DNA of 64,000 nt from Thermoanaerobaculia bacterium (GTDB taxonomy: Bacteria; Acidobacteriota; Thermoanaerobaculia; Multivoradales; Multivoraceae), in NCBI GenBank assembly GCA_035546295.1, contig DATKBT010000076.1, forward strand, positions 804 to 64,803, written 5' to 3'. Shown piece by piece: positions 1 through 9,895 of the stretch. Made by a program: the position numbers and the translations under genes. A model generated the notes under the pieces. The model searched no databases, had not been told where the DNA came from, and saw nothing but the letters and a program-made list of their open reading frames with translations. Position 1 is the first letter of the stretch, and every line of letters begins with the position of its first letter.

Positions 1-412
1 TCTCGGTCCGAGCCTGTGCGCCGGGAAGGTGGATCAGGAAGAGCAGCGCGTGGAACAGGACGGCGGCGGCGATCGCGCGACGCAGCAGCCGATCGTCGCC
101 CGTCGCCGCGCAGAGGTAGGGAGCGAGCCGGTCGTCGATCCCGGCCGAGGGGTCGCACGAGCCGGCTTTGGCGGGGCCGGGATCGGGGTCAGACGAGCGC
201 CTGGAATCGGACGGAGGACGGTTCATGTCGAGGCTCCTTGGCAACCCGCGACGGCGCATCGCCGCAGGGGTCACAGGGGCTCGAGCCCGGCGCGGACGGC
301 ACACGCCGCCGCCCGTCGCTGACTCGAGGTTTCCGAGGCCTCGGTCCTCCTTTCGACCGCCGAACCCTTCGTCGGGTTCCCGGCCACCCTGGCGGCTATC
401 ATCCGAGTCATC

Positions 413-1099
413 ATGAAGGACCGCATCGCCGAACAGCCCGTCCTGCTCCAGATCCACGCCGGCCCGATGGGCAACTGCCTCTACATCGTCGGCGACCCGG
501 CGACCCGGCGAGCGGTGGTGGTCGATCCGGCGTTCGAGCCGCTCGAGCTGATGGCGCGCGCCGAGAGCGAAGGGTTCGAGGTCGAGGCCGTGTTCGCGAC
601 GCACACCCATCCCGACCACGTCGGGGGCGCGCTGATGGGGTTCGAGATCCCGGGCATCGCCGAGCTCCTGGCGAGCCGCGACCTGCCGGTCTACATCCAC
701 GATGTCGAAGCGGAGCACATGATCCGCCAGACCGGGGTGGGCGAGGCCTCGGTCCGTCGCTACCGGGACGGCGACGTCCTCGAGATCGGCGCACTCACCG
801 CCCGAGTCCTGCACACACCGGGGCACTCGCCGGGCTCGAGCGGCCTGCTCGTCGGCCACAAGCTGATCGCTGGCGATACCCTGTTCGTCCAGGGGGTCGG
901 GCGGATCGATCTCCCCGGCTCCGATCCGGAGGCGATGTTCCACTCCCTGCGACGCCTCGCCCAGCTCCCGCCCGAGACCGAGATCTACCCCGGCCACGAC
1001 TACGGACCCGCCCCCTCGTCGACGATCGCCCAGGAGCTCGCGCGCAACCCCTACCTCCGACCCCAGACGCTCGAGCAGTGGCGGACGATGATGGGGTGA
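413..1099 (+). CDS. MBL-fold metallo-hydrolase (glyoxalase II / hydroxyacylglutathione hydrolase-like)
   Basis: 228 aa ORF with the THTHPDHVGG metal-binding motif, downstream HTPGHSPGS and GDTLF motifs; protein-like composition; ATG at 413. Confidence 0.8.
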   Translation: MKDRIAEQPVLLQIHAGPMGNCLYIVGDPATRRAVVVDPAFEPLELMARAESEGFEVEAVFATHTHPDHVGGALMGFEIPGIAELLASRDLPVYIHDVEAEHMIRQTGVGEASVRRYRDGDVLEIGALTARVLHTPGHSPGSSGLLVGHKLIAGDTLFVQGVGRIDLPGSDPEAMFHSLRRLAQLPPETEIYPGHDYGPAPSSTIAQELARNPYLRPQTLEQWRTMMG

Positions 1100-1439
1100 T
1101 CGTCGGCGTCCGGCCTCTACCGCAGCGGCCCATGCGCGGTTCGGGCGACGAGCGAGCCGCGGGGTCGGTCGCGCTCGAGCGAGCGACCGGGCTTCGATGC
1201 CCCGAGCGGCGCCCCACTCCTGGAGTGGGCGCCTTGCGAGGCTCCCCTTGAGAGGGTCGGGGAGAAGATCGCTAGCTCCAGAAATGGTATCCAGCGTTTC
1301 CAGGAGCTCGTGTCCGAGGATTTTCGGGATCCGGTTCTACGGCTGTCCGCGGCGACGCGCCGAAGGCGCATGGAGCCGCGAGCAGTCAGCTAGCCGGAGA
1401 TCTGCTATCGCGCGCGCAGCGCGCCCAGCAGATCGGAGG

Positions 1440-1850
1440 CTAGCCCGCCAGGACGTGGACCCAGACGCGGCGTCGCTTCGGCGACGTCCGGTGCTCCCAG
1501 AGGTAGATGCCCTGCCAGGTCCCGAGCCCGAGGCGGCCGCGCTCGATCGGGATCGACAGCGACGTGGCGGTGAGCGCGGCCTTGATGTGCGAGGGCATGT
1601 CGTCCGGCCCCTCGGCGGTGTGGGTGAAGTGCGGATCGTGCTCGGGCACCAGCCGCTCGAGGAACTGCTCGAGGTCGTGACGGGCGCTGGGGTCCGCATT
1701 CTCCTGGATGACCAGGCTCGCCGAGGTGTGGCGAACCATCACCGTACACAGCCCCTCCTCGATCCCGGCCTCGCGCACCACTTCGGCGACCGCCGCCGTG
1801 ATCTCCTCGAGCCCGCGCCCGCGGGTGGCGACGCTGAGCTCACGCAGCAT
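1440..1850 (-). CDS. YjbQ/UPF0047 family protein (secondary thiamine-phosphate synthase-like)
   Basis: C-terminal 136 aa of the long 1440..2750 ORF match the UPF0047 pattern (CTVMVRHTSASLVIQENADP ... GTWQGIYLWEHR); start MLRELSV; ATG at 1850 checked in the sequence; the rest of the ORF is Arg-rich noise. Confidence 0.75.
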   Translation of the reverse strand: MLRELSVATRGRGLEEITAAVAEVVREAGIEEGLCTVMVRHTSASLVIQENADPSARHDLEQFLERLVPEHDPHFTHTAEGPDDMPSHIKAALTATSLSIPIERGRLGLGTWQGIYLWEHRTSPKRRRVWVHVLAG

Positions 1851-1876
1851 CTCGGCTCCATCCCCGGCGGTCCACC

Positions 1877-2737
1877 TCAGGCTCCGGCGTGGAAGCGCCA
1901 GCGATCGCCGTCGCGCACCACCTTGCCCACCGAGGGCGTCGCGAAGTGGGTGCCGATGACCAGCACCGGCGAGTCGCTGTAGCGCTCGAGGAAGGAACGC
2001 CGCGTGGCTCGCGCCTGCTCTGGATCGCTGTCGGCGACGCACGCCCACTCCGGGTGCGCGCACTGGACCGGATGGTGCATCAGGTCGCCCGTGATCACCG
2101 CCTCCTCGCCGCGCGACGAGATCCGCACACTGACGTGCCCGGGGGTGTGCCCCGGGCTGGGCTCGAGCCGGATCTCGGAGGTCACCCGGTGATCGCTCTC
2201 CACCAGGTCGTGGAGGCCGCGATCGACGATCGGCCACACCGAGTCGCCGAGGTGCTCGCGCCGCCGGCCGGCGTCGACCGCTTCCCAGTGCTCCCACTCC
2301 AGGCGCCCGAAAAGATAGCGCGCGTTGGGGAAGGTCGGCAGCCACCGTCCGTCCTCGAGCCTGGTGTTCCACCCGACGTGATCGACGTGCAGATGCGTGC
2401 ACAGGACGCGGTCGATCGACTCCGGAGGATGCCCAGCGTCGCTCATCCGCTCGAGGAACGGCAGGTCGAGCAGGTTCCAGAACTCCATGCTCCTCGCCTT
2501 GTCGTTGCCGACGCAGGTGTCGACCACGATCTTGGCGCCCTCCGACTCGACCACGAAGCTCTGGATCGCCATCTGGATCAGGCCCCGCTTCTCGGCCAGG
2601 AAGTGCGGCTCCAGCCAGGAGCGATAGGGATCGAACGCTTCCGGCGTCATCTCCGCGTAGAGCCACCGTGGGTTGGTGGGGGTCTCGATCTCGACGATGC
2701 GCGTGATGCTGACATCGCCGATCTGGAAGCGGTCCAT
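1877..2737 (-). CDS. MBL-fold metallo-hydrolase, N-acyl-homoserine-lactonase-like
   Basis: 286 aa; motif CTHLHVDHVGW (HxHxDH), downstream HTPGH and GDLMHH; start MDRFQIGDVS, ATG at 2737 checked; only the 3-prime 861 nt of the 984-aa minus ORF is protein-like. Confidence 0.75.
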   Translation of the reverse strand: MDRFQIGDVSITRIVEIETPTNPRWLYAEMTPEAFDPYRSWLEPHFLAEKRGLIQMAIQSFVVESEGAKIVVDTCVGNDKARSMEFWNLLDLPFLERMSDAGHPPESIDRVLCTHLHVDHVGWNTRLEDGRWLPTFPNARYLFGRLEWEHWEAVDAGRRREHLGDSVWPIVDRGLHDLVESDHRVTSEIRLEPSPGHTPGHVSVRISSRGEEAVITGDLMHHPVQCAHPEWACVADSDPEQARATRRSFLERYSDSPVLVIGTHFATPSVGKVVRDGDRWRFHAGA

Positions 2738-3136
2738 CCGAGCTCTCCATCTGTCACGCCAAACCTCGGGCGAACCATGGTACCGCGGCGTCCGGGCGTG
2801 CCGCGCGCCGGACCCGAGTGGGCCTCCCGTCCTGCCACCGCGGGTCCCGGCTCGCCGGCGCCGAGATCGCCGAGCAGGATCGACAGTGCTGGGCCCGACG
2901 ATCGGCGCTCCTGTCTCGCCCCGCGGGAGCTCGAACGCGAGCCGCGAGCCTGCTCCGGGGCCGCAGCAGCAGCCACCACCTCGCCTCGCTCCACCTCCCG
3001 GAACGGTCACGAGTCTCAGGGGATCCCGACCAGCCGCGATCTTGTTCCGCTCGGCGGCACTCTGACACACTGCGACAGCCCCTCCAGAGGCCGTCGCACG
3101 GCCCGCGCCGCGTCGCGGGGGCGCCCTCACGCCGGA

Positions 3137-4843
3137 ATGAGAGCTCTGCACACCCGGGTCTCCCCTCGCCTCGTCGCACCCGTCATCCTCTTGGCCGCCA
3201 GCATCACCACCCCCACCACCGGCTGCCGTGAGCCCGCCGGCGACGCCACCTACCTGATCGAGAACGCCAGCGTCTTCACCGCCGACCCGGATCGCCCCTG
3301 GGCGGAGGCGATCGCGATCGAGGGGGATCGGATCCTGGCCGTCGGCACGGCCGAGGAGGTGGCCGCGCACGCCGGTCCCGGCACCGTGCGCATCGACGCG
3401 GCAAAGGGACTGCTCACGCCCGGTTTCGTCGACGCTCACGTCCACTTCCTCGAAGGGGGTTATCGTCTCTCCTCGGTCCAGCTCCGCGACGCCGCCACGC
3501 CGGAAGCCTTCGGCCGGCGCATTCGAGACTTCGCGGTGACCGTCGACCCCGGCACCTGGATCACGGGCGGCGACTGGAACCACGAGAACTGGGGCGGCGA
3601 GCTTCCCGATCGCGCCTGGATCGATGCCCTGACGCCCGAGAACCCGGTGTGGGTGCACCGCCTCGACGGTCACATGGCGCTCGCCAACACCATGGCGCTC
3701 GAGGCTGCCGGCCTGCCCACCGGCGACGACGGGGCCGAGGTCCCGGTGGTCGACGGCGGCACGCTGGTCGCCGACGCGAGCGGCCGCCTCACCGGCGTGC
3801 TCAAGGACAACGCGATGAGCCTGGTGGCGGCAGCGATGCCCGAGCCGCCGTCCGAGCTCGAGGACCGCGCGCTCGACGCCGCGATGACTCATGTCTCCCG
3901 TTTCGGCGTCACCAGCGTCCACCACGTGGGCAGCTGGGACGACCTCGAGGTCTTCCGGCGAGCGCACGATGCCGGCCGCCTGAAAACCCGCATCTACGCC
4001 GCCGTCCCTCTCGAGAGCTGGCCGCGCCTCGACGAGCACGTCGCGCGGGAGGGGCGCGGCGACGAGTGGCTGCGCATCGGCGGGCTCAAGGGCTTCGTCG
4101 ACGGCTCGCTGGGCTCCCACACGGCGGCCTTCTTCGAGCCCTTCACCGACGCGCCCGAAGACCGGGGGCTGTTGGTCAACAGCCACCAGGACCTGAAGTC
4201 GTGGATCGAAGGCGCCGACGCCGCCGGCCTGCACGTCATCGTGCACGCGATCGGCGACCGTGCCAACGCCGACCTGCTCGACCTCTACGAAGGTGCGATC
4301 ACGGCCAACGGCCCGCGCGAGCGCCGCTTTCGCATCGAGCACGCTCAGCATCTGAGATCCGCGGAGCTGCCGCGCTTCGCCGAGCTCGGCGTCATCGCCT
4401 CGATGCAGCCCTACCACGCGATCGACGACGGAAGCTGGGCGGAGCGCGTGATCGGTCCCGAGCGCTCCCGCACCACCTACGCCTTCCGATCGCTGATCGA
4501 CGCCGGCGCCACCCTGGCCTTCGGCAGCGACTGGTTCGTCGCGCCGCCGATCCCGGCCGCGGGCATGTACGCCGCGATCACCCGGCGCACCCTCGCCGGC
4601 GCTCACCCGCAGGGCTGGGTGCCGGAACAGAAGATCTCTCTGACCGAATCCCTCATCGCCTACACCCGAAACGGCGCCTACGCGTCGTTCGAGGAGGGGA
4701 TCAAGGGCACGCTCGCGCCGGGCATGCTCGCCGACCTCGTGCTCTTCGAGCGCGACCTGCGAGTCCTCGATCCGGTCGAGCTCGAAGACGCCCGCGTCCT
4801 GCTCACCATGGTCGGCGGACGCATCGTGCACGACGCGAGGTGA
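3137..4843 (+). CDS. amidohydrolase family protein (YtcJ-like metal-dependent hydrolase), probable lipoprotein
   Basis: 568 aa; VDAHVHFLEGG metal-binding motif and HAIGD ... FGSDW core; N-terminal signal peptide with lipobox-like TTGC; ATG at 3137 is in frame with the 1889..4843 ORF, whose first 416 codons lie antisense to the upstream genes. Confidence 0.8.
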   Translation: MRALHTRVSPRLVAPVILLAASITTPTTGCREPAGDATYLIENASVFTADPDRPWAEAIAIEGDRILAVGTAEEVAAHAGPGTVRIDAAKGLLTPGFVDAHVHFLEGGYRLSSVQLRDAATPEAFGRRIRDFAVTVDPGTWITGGDWNHENWGGELPDRAWIDALTPENPVWVHRLDGHMALANTMALEAAGLPTGDDGAEVPVVDGGTLVADASGRLTGVLKDNAMSLVAAAMPEPPSELEDRALDAAMTHVSRFGVTSVHHVGSWDDLEVFRRAHDAGRLKTRIYAAVPLESWPRLDEHVAREGRGDEWLRIGGLKGFVDGSLGSHTAAFFEPFTDAPEDRGLLVNSHQDLKSWIEGADAAGLHVIVHAIGDRANADLLDLYEGAITANGPRERRFRIEHAQHLRSAELPRFAELGVIASMQPYHAIDDGSWAERVIGPERSRTTYAFRSLIDAGATLAFGSDWFVAPPIPAAGMYAAITRRTLAGAHPQGWVPEQKISLTESLIAYTRNGAYASFEEGIKGTLAPGMLADLVLFERDLRVLDPVELEDARVLLTMVGGRIVHDAR

Positions 4844-6093
4844 CGGTGGCCGTCGACCCGGACTCCGCCGCGGCCGGCCTGCTCTCGGGGCTTCGCGTGA
4901 TCGACGCGGCGACCATGGTCATGGTCCCCTCGGCGGCCTTGGTAATGGCCGACTACGGCGCCGAGGTCATCAAGGTCGAGGCGCTCTCCGGCGACGCCAA
5001 CCGCTTCGGGCACCTGATCCCGGGGATGCCCGATCATCAGCGCGACTACTGCTTCTTCCAGGACAACCGGAACAAGAAGAGCCTGGCGATCGACCTCAAG
5101 CACCCCGACGGTCTCGCCCTGTTCTATCGGCTGGTCGAGACCGCGGACGTGTTCTTCACCAACCTCCGCGCTCGCGCCCTCGACGCGTTGCGAATCGACT
5201 ACGCCAGCCTGCGCGAGAGGAACGGGCGCCTGATCTACGCGCACGGGACCGGCTACGGCGACGCCGGCCCGGAGGCGTGCAAGCCGGGCTACGATGCCGT
5301 CTGCTACTGGTCGCGCTCGGGGCTCGAGCACAGCATGTTTCCGCTCGACGGCTGGCTCGGTCCGATCCCTTACGGCTCGGGCGACCACCCCAGCGGCATG
5401 TCGCTGTTCGCGGCGGTGATGATGGCGCTCTACCGCCGCGAGCGAACCGGCGAGGGCTCGCGCGTGAGCACCTCGCTGATCGCCAACGGCGCCTGGAGCA
5501 ACGCGACCGTGATCCAGGCCCGGCTGCTCGACGCCACCTTCCACGAGCGGCGCCCGCGCGAGCGTCCGCTCAACTTCGCCGCGGTCTACTACGTTGCGGG
5601 CTGCGGGCGGAAGTTCAAGTTCACGATCATCGAGCACCAGAAGAAGTGGCCGGCGCTGTGTCGCTGCATCGGCCGCGAAGACCTGATCGACCACCCGCGC
5701 TACGCGACCGTCGAGGCGCGGGCGCGGGTCACCGGCGAGCTGGTGTCGCTGTTCGACCGCCAGTTCGCTGAGCGTCCGCTCGACGACTGGAAGGGGCGCT
5801 TCGAAGAGAGCGACGTACCGTTCTCGATCCTCTCCGACTACGACGACGTCGCAAGCGACGAGCAGATGCGCGCCAACGGGGTCTTCGTCGAGATCGAGGA
5901 CGAGTTGCTCGGCCGCGTGCGGTCGGTCAACAGCCCGCTCGTGCTCGAGCACGATCCGCCGGTCCGGCCGCGGCGCGCCCCCCACGTCGGCGAGCACACG
6001 CGCGAGATCCTCGCCGCCCTCGGCGAGCCCGAGGAGAGCATCGAGGACCTGATCCGGCGCGGCGTGGTGGGCGGCGGACCGACCCGTCCCTGA
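4840..6093 (+). CDS. CoA-transferase family III (CaiB/BaiF-like)
   Basis: N-terminus LSGLRVIDAATMVMVPSAALVMADYGAEVIKVE is typical of family III CoA transferases; GTG at 4840 overlaps the amidohydrolase TGA (GTGA), suggesting translational coupling. Confidence 0.8.
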   Translation: MTVAVDPDSAAAGLLSGLRVIDAATMVMVPSAALVMADYGAEVIKVEALSGDANRFGHLIPGMPDHQRDYCFFQDNRNKKSLAIDLKHPDGLALFYRLVETADVFFTNLRARALDALRIDYASLRERNGRLIYAHGTGYGDAGPEACKPGYDAVCYWSRSGLEHSMFPLDGWLGPIPYGSGDHPSGMSLFAAVMMALYRRERTGEGSRVSTSLIANGAWSNATVIQARLLDATFHERRPRERPLNFAAVYYVAGCGRKFKFTIIEHQKKWPALCRCIGREDLIDHPRYATVEARARVTGELVSLFDRQFAERPLDDWKGRFEESDVPFSILSDYDDVASDEQMRANGVFVEIEDELLGRVRSVNSPLVLEHDPPVRPRRAPHVGEHTREILAALGEPEESIEDLIRRGVVGGGPTRP

Positions 6094-6108
6094 GGACGAT
6101 CCGTCGCG

Positions 6109-7056
6109 TCACCCCAGCTCCCGCAGATCCTTCTCGGCCCGTTCCAGCACTGCGCGGGCCTGCGCCTCGGCGAAGCGGGCACGCTCGATCGCGCTCTTCA
6201 CGCGCACGAGCTCCTTCTCCACCTCGCCCAGCTTCGAGCGCTCCCGCTCCAGCCTCTCCTCGGCGAGGCGGACGGTGCGCGAGAGGCGTTCCGCCTGGCG
6301 CCGGAGGCCTCCCTCCTCGCGCCCGGCGCGCGCTCGTCGCGACGACGCCTCCTGGACCCCCTCGCGCGCCTGCTCGACGGCACGGCGGGCGGCCGCGCGC
6401 TGCGCGGCCGTGGCCTCGGGATCGCGCTTCGGCTTCGCCGAGCCCTGCGTCGCGCTCGCTCTCTCGGCGGCCGGGGCTTCGGAGGACTTCTTCGCTCGCG
6501 CCGGCGGCTTCCCGCTCGTGGCCGGCTCCGAAGGCACTCGCCGCGGACCGCCGCTCGGCAGGACACCCATCAGGACCTCGAAGCCCGGCGGCTCGACGTC
6601 GCCCTCGAGCCGGCCGGGCGGAGGGTCCGGGGAATGTGCGGAGCCCCAGGCGGCGAGCGCGTCGAGGGTCGAGCGGATGCGCCGGGCGACCGCCTCGGAG
6701 GCGGCGCTCCCCTGCCCCGCCACCTGCTCGAGGGCGAGCTCGAGCAGTCTCGACACCGCCGCCTTCCGCTCTGCGGTCGCCTCTCGCAGCGAGCTCGCGT
6801 CGCCGGTCCGCTGCGCCTCGCGCACAGCGTCGCCAGCCGCGAGCAGCTCCGCGAACGCCTCCTCGTGCTCGAGCGCGAGCCGGTTGACGGCCCAAGCCGA
6901 GATCGCGGGCTTGGTCAGCTTGCGGATCACGCCCGCCGCCTCGGCCTCGCCCTGCGCCTTCAGGGCCTTCGCCAGCTCGTTGCGCCGGGCGACGAACTCG
7001 GCGACGGGCGCGCTGTAGAGGGCGTCGAGGTCGTTTTCGCTGGGCGCCTTGGACAT
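6109..7056 (-). CDS. hypothetical protein with Lys/Glu/Ala-rich coiled-coil C-terminus
   Basis: 315 aa with balanced composition (MSKAPSENDLDALYSAPVAEFVARRNELAKALKAQGEAEAAGVIRKLTKPAISAWAVNRLA), unlike the Arg/Gly-rich overlapping frames; no family recognised. Confidence 0.5.
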   Translation of the reverse strand: MSKAPSENDLDALYSAPVAEFVARRNELAKALKAQGEAEAAGVIRKLTKPAISAWAVNRLALEHEEAFAELLAAGDAVREAQRTGDASSLREATAERKAAVSRLLELALEQVAGQGSAASEAVARRIRSTLDALAAWGSAHSPDPPPGRLEGDVEPPGFEVLMGVLPSGGPRRVPSEPATSGKPPARAKKSSEAPAAERASATQGSAKPKRDPEATAAQRAAARRAVEQAREGVQEASSRRARAGREEGGLRRQAERLSRTVRLAEERLERERSKLGEVEKELVRVKSAIERARFAEAQARAVLERAEKDLRELG

Positions 7057-7120
7057 GAGAGGGTCGTGCGGAACGCCGAGGCGCGCCCGGCAACGCTGCA
7101 GGCGGTCGCCCTAATCCGGA

Positions 7121-7741
7121 CTAATCGAAGTAGAGCGTGTACGCGATGTCGCTGAGCTCCGCGACCTCGCCACCCTGCATGCCGGTGACCATCACCGTGA
7201 TCACCGAGTCGCCCTGGATCGTCCCCAGGACGAAGCTCTGGAGCGGAAATCCCTGGAAGCTCCAGTCGATCACGGCCTCGATCGCGGGGGTCACCTCGTC
7301 GCGCAGCTTCGTCTCACGCGACTCCTTGACCGTCGCCTCGCCGCCGCCGAGCTGACCGAGGCTCTCGGCGAGCGCCGGCAGCACGTCCTCCAGCGCGACG
7401 TCCGGGCCCGCCGGCGAGCGGCTGACATCGAGACGAGGAACCTGCATCGGCGATGCCGCCGTGAACAGGCTGCCGTCCTGCGGCGGCTGCTCGGCGAAGT
7501 CCGTTGGGTAGTGCACGCTGAAGCCCAGCTCCTCGTTCTGGTAGACGCTGGCTTCCCACGCCGGTGGCTCGAACGGCTTCTTCGCCGGAGCGGCCGGGGC
7601 CGCCGGGGGGACGTCGGCGGGAGCGCCGGCGGCTGCGCCGCCCGACGCGCAGCCGGCGAGCAGGAGCGCGCCGAGGATCGCCGCGGCCGTGAGCGCGGAC
7701 CAACGATTGCCGGAGAGGGTTCGGACGATCGATCGGGTCAT
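7121..7741 (-). CDS. lipoprotein, unknown function
   Basis: 206 aa; signal peptide with lipobox LLLAGC (MTRSIVRTLSGNRWSALTAAAILGALLLAGCASG); ATG at 7741 checked; the upstream 476 codons of the ORF are Arg/Gly noise. Confidence 0.6.
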   Translation of the reverse strand: MTRSIVRTLSGNRWSALTAAAILGALLLAGCASGGAAAGAPADVPPAAPAAPAKKPFEPPAWEASVYQNEELGFSVHYPTDFAEQPPQDGSLFTAASPMQVPRLDVSRSPAGPDVALEDVLPALAESLGQLGGGEATVKESRETKLRDEVTPAIEAVIDWSFQGFPLQSFVLGTIQGDSVITVMVTGMQGGEVAELSDIAYTLYFD

Positions 7742-7929
7742 GCGAGGCTCCTGAGGACGATGCGCGGTGCTGGATTCGTACGAAGTCGAGCCGCCGACGA
7801 GCGCTCGCTGCCTGCCAAGCAACGGAGACGCTAGCACTGTAGCGGGCTCGTGGTCGTCACCACGCCCCAACGAGCCGGAGAGATCGGCGGCCGCCACGAC
7901 CGGCCGCTCGAGCCTCGCCCGGATGAGCC

Positions 7930-9333
7930 TCAGATCTCGAGCGCCGGGGCCGGCTCCTCCGCCACCGGCGCCGCCGGTTCGGCGGGCGAATCGTCCAACA
8001 ACGAGTGCACCCAGCGCGACCCGCGATAGCGGATCTCCAGCAGCAGCGTCATCAACGCGACGTGGATCACCAGGCACCACCAGGCGCCGACGAGTCCAAA
8101 ACGTGGCGTCGCGTACAGCGTCGCCGGCACGAACACCAGCCAGGCGCTGCCGATGGTGACCAGCATGCTGTAGGTGGTGTCGCCCGCTCCCCTCAGCGCA
8201 CCCGCGAGCAGGTTGAAGCGCAGGTCGAAGAACAGGCAGATGACCACGACCGTGAACAGCGGCCGCGCGAACGGCAGCAGGGCCTCGGCCTCCCCCTCGC
8301 GCACGAACAGCCGGATCAGCCATTCGGGCGCAGCGAGGTAGAGCACCGAGATCATGGCCGTCAGCCACAGACCGAGCCGCATGATCCGAGACGTCGCCTG
8401 CCGTGCCTTCGGCACGTCGCCGGCGCCCAGACACTGGCCCACCAGCGTGGTGGCGCCGACCGAGAGCGCCAAAGCGCTCATGAACGCCAGGCTCCACGCC
8501 TGGATCACGGCATTGGTGACCGCCATCTGAGCCTCGCCGAGGCGGGCGACCACCGCGCTGAACACGCTGATCCCGCCCATCTCGAGAAAGGTCTGGGTCG
8601 CGATCGGCAGGCTGACCAGCGACATGGAGCGCAACACCGCGCGATCCGGGCGCCAGCCCGCGCCCAGCGCGTACTCGCGACGGAAGTAACGGCTGCCCAC
8701 GATGGTGGCGAACAGGAGACCGCCGATGACCAGCTGCGCGATCGAGGTGCCCAGCGCGGCGCCACGCACGCCCATCGCAGGCAGCCCCGCCTTGCCATAG
8801 ATCAGCAGGTAGTTGAGGCCGCAGTTGAGGACGAGCTGGCTGATCGCGCACAGCATCGGCACGTTGGTGCGCCCCAGCCCGCGGTAGAAGTTGTCCGACA
8901 CCAGGAGCAGGCACAGCCCGAGGCCGCCGAGCAGGCGGATCTGCGAATACTCGGTGGCGAGCCGCTGCAGCCCCTCGCCGGCGCCGGTCCAGCCGAACAC
9001 CGTCGGAGCGACCGGCCAGCACAGACCGATCACCACCGCCGACGCAGCGGCCAGGTAGACGCCCTGCCAGAACACCACGCCGACCCGCGAGCGATGACCC
9101 GCGCCCACCGCCTGTGCGACGAACGCGCTGACGCCGGAGAGCAGGCCGAAGAAGAAGCTCAGGAACCACCAGGTGAGCAGGTTGCCCAGCCCGACCGCGC
9201 CGAGCTCGAGCACGCCGAGACGGCCGACCATCATCGTGTCGATGGCGCCCATCGCGGTATAGGAGAGCTGAGTGACCAGGACCGGCGCAGTGACTCGAAC
9301 GATCCTTTGGTAGGAGATATCGATGGCGTTCAT
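7930..9333 (-). CDS. MATE family efflux transporter
   Basis: 467 aa polytopic membrane protein; N-terminus MNAIDISYQRIVRVTAPVLVTQLSYTAMGAIDTMMVGRLG is canonical for MATE; ATG at 9333 checked. Confidence 0.8.
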   Translation of the reverse strand: MNAIDISYQRIVRVTAPVLVTQLSYTAMGAIDTMMVGRLGVLELGAVGLGNLLTWWFLSFFFGLLSGVSAFVAQAVGAGHRSRVGVVFWQGVYLAAASAVVIGLCWPVAPTVFGWTGAGEGLQRLATEYSQIRLLGGLGLCLLLVSDNFYRGLGRTNVPMLCAISQLVLNCGLNYLLIYGKAGLPAMGVRGAALGTSIAQLVIGGLLFATIVGSRYFRREYALGAGWRPDRAVLRSMSLVSLPIATQTFLEMGGISVFSAVVARLGEAQMAVTNAVIQAWSLAFMSALALSVGATTLVGQCLGAGDVPKARQATSRIMRLGLWLTAMISVLYLAAPEWLIRLFVREGEAEALLPFARPLFTVVVICLFFDLRFNLLAGALRGAGDTTYSMLVTIGSAWLVFVPATLYATPRFGLVGAWWCLVIHVALMTLLLEIRYRGSRWVHSLLDDSPAEPAAPVAEEPAPALEI

Positions 9334-9407
9334 CTGTCGGTTCCTCTTCGTTTCACCTTCGCTCACGATCCTCTGGATCGCCGTGATCCGATCGGGATCT
9401 CTGCTGC

Positions 9408-9440
9408 CTCTCGCCTGTCTCTCGCCTGTCTCTCGCGGCG
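9408..9440. repeat. tandem direct repeat, 11-bp unit TCTCTCGCCTG x2 plus degenerate third copy
   Basis: ctctcgcctgtctctcgcctgtctctcgcggcgg read directly; lies about 75 bp upstream of the MATE start codon. Confidence 0.5.
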
Positions 9441-9895
9441 GTGGAACCGGTCGCCCTGGCGCTGGGGATCGGGTGGGCCCCCAGCCTGGATCCGAGGGGG
9501 CCAAAACGCCGAGAGCCCCGGTCCGCTTTCGCGTTCCGGGGCTCTCGGCTCGCTCGCTCTGCTGAGGAATCAGCGCGGCGAGTGGTGCGATGTTGGCTCG
9601 TGATCTACGTCGATACGGCCACCAGACCCCTGGAACACGGCACGAAATCGGCCGGACGAATCCGGACGAGTCGCGCGGTGATGTCGAAGGAGTCGGTTCG
9701 CATGGGTCTTTTGCCTCGTCGGCGCAAGCTACAGGGAGCGCAAGAAAAGGTCAACCCCCGAGCCTTCGATTCGTCGCGGAGGCGTCGGCTCGGACGGCGG
9801 CGGCCACGACGCCGTCGCGAGCGGGGTCGCGGTTCGCTTTGCGGCGCATCCGCCGTCGCCCTGCACGTCGCGTCGGCCACTCGGGACGCCGGCCG

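Noticed and set aside
16-1251. 411-aa ORF at window start and overlapping small ORFs
   Set aside because: Extreme Arg/Gly/Pro composition; the MBL hydrolase occupies a different frame at 413-1099
1877-4831. 984-aa minus-strand ORF mirror of the above
   Set aside because: Only the 3-prime 861 nt (lactonase-like MBL, start 2737) are real; the remainder is antisense to the amidohydrolase
3649-4839. N-terminal 397-codon extension of the CoA-transferase ORF
   Set aside because: Antisense/out-of-frame overlap with the amidohydrolase; the family III CoA-transferase N-terminal motif begins at the GTG at 4840
1889-4843. 984-aa plus-strand ORF
   Set aside because: Only the last 568 codons (from ATG 3137) look like a protein (amidohydrolase); the first 416 codons are Arg/Gly/Ala-rich and lie antisense to the YjbQ and lactonase genes, a typical high-GC shadow frame
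5927-7093. 388-aa minus ORF and 6275..7018 plus ORF
   Set aside because: Ala/Arg/Gly noise; the 6109..7056 frame has the only protein-like composition here
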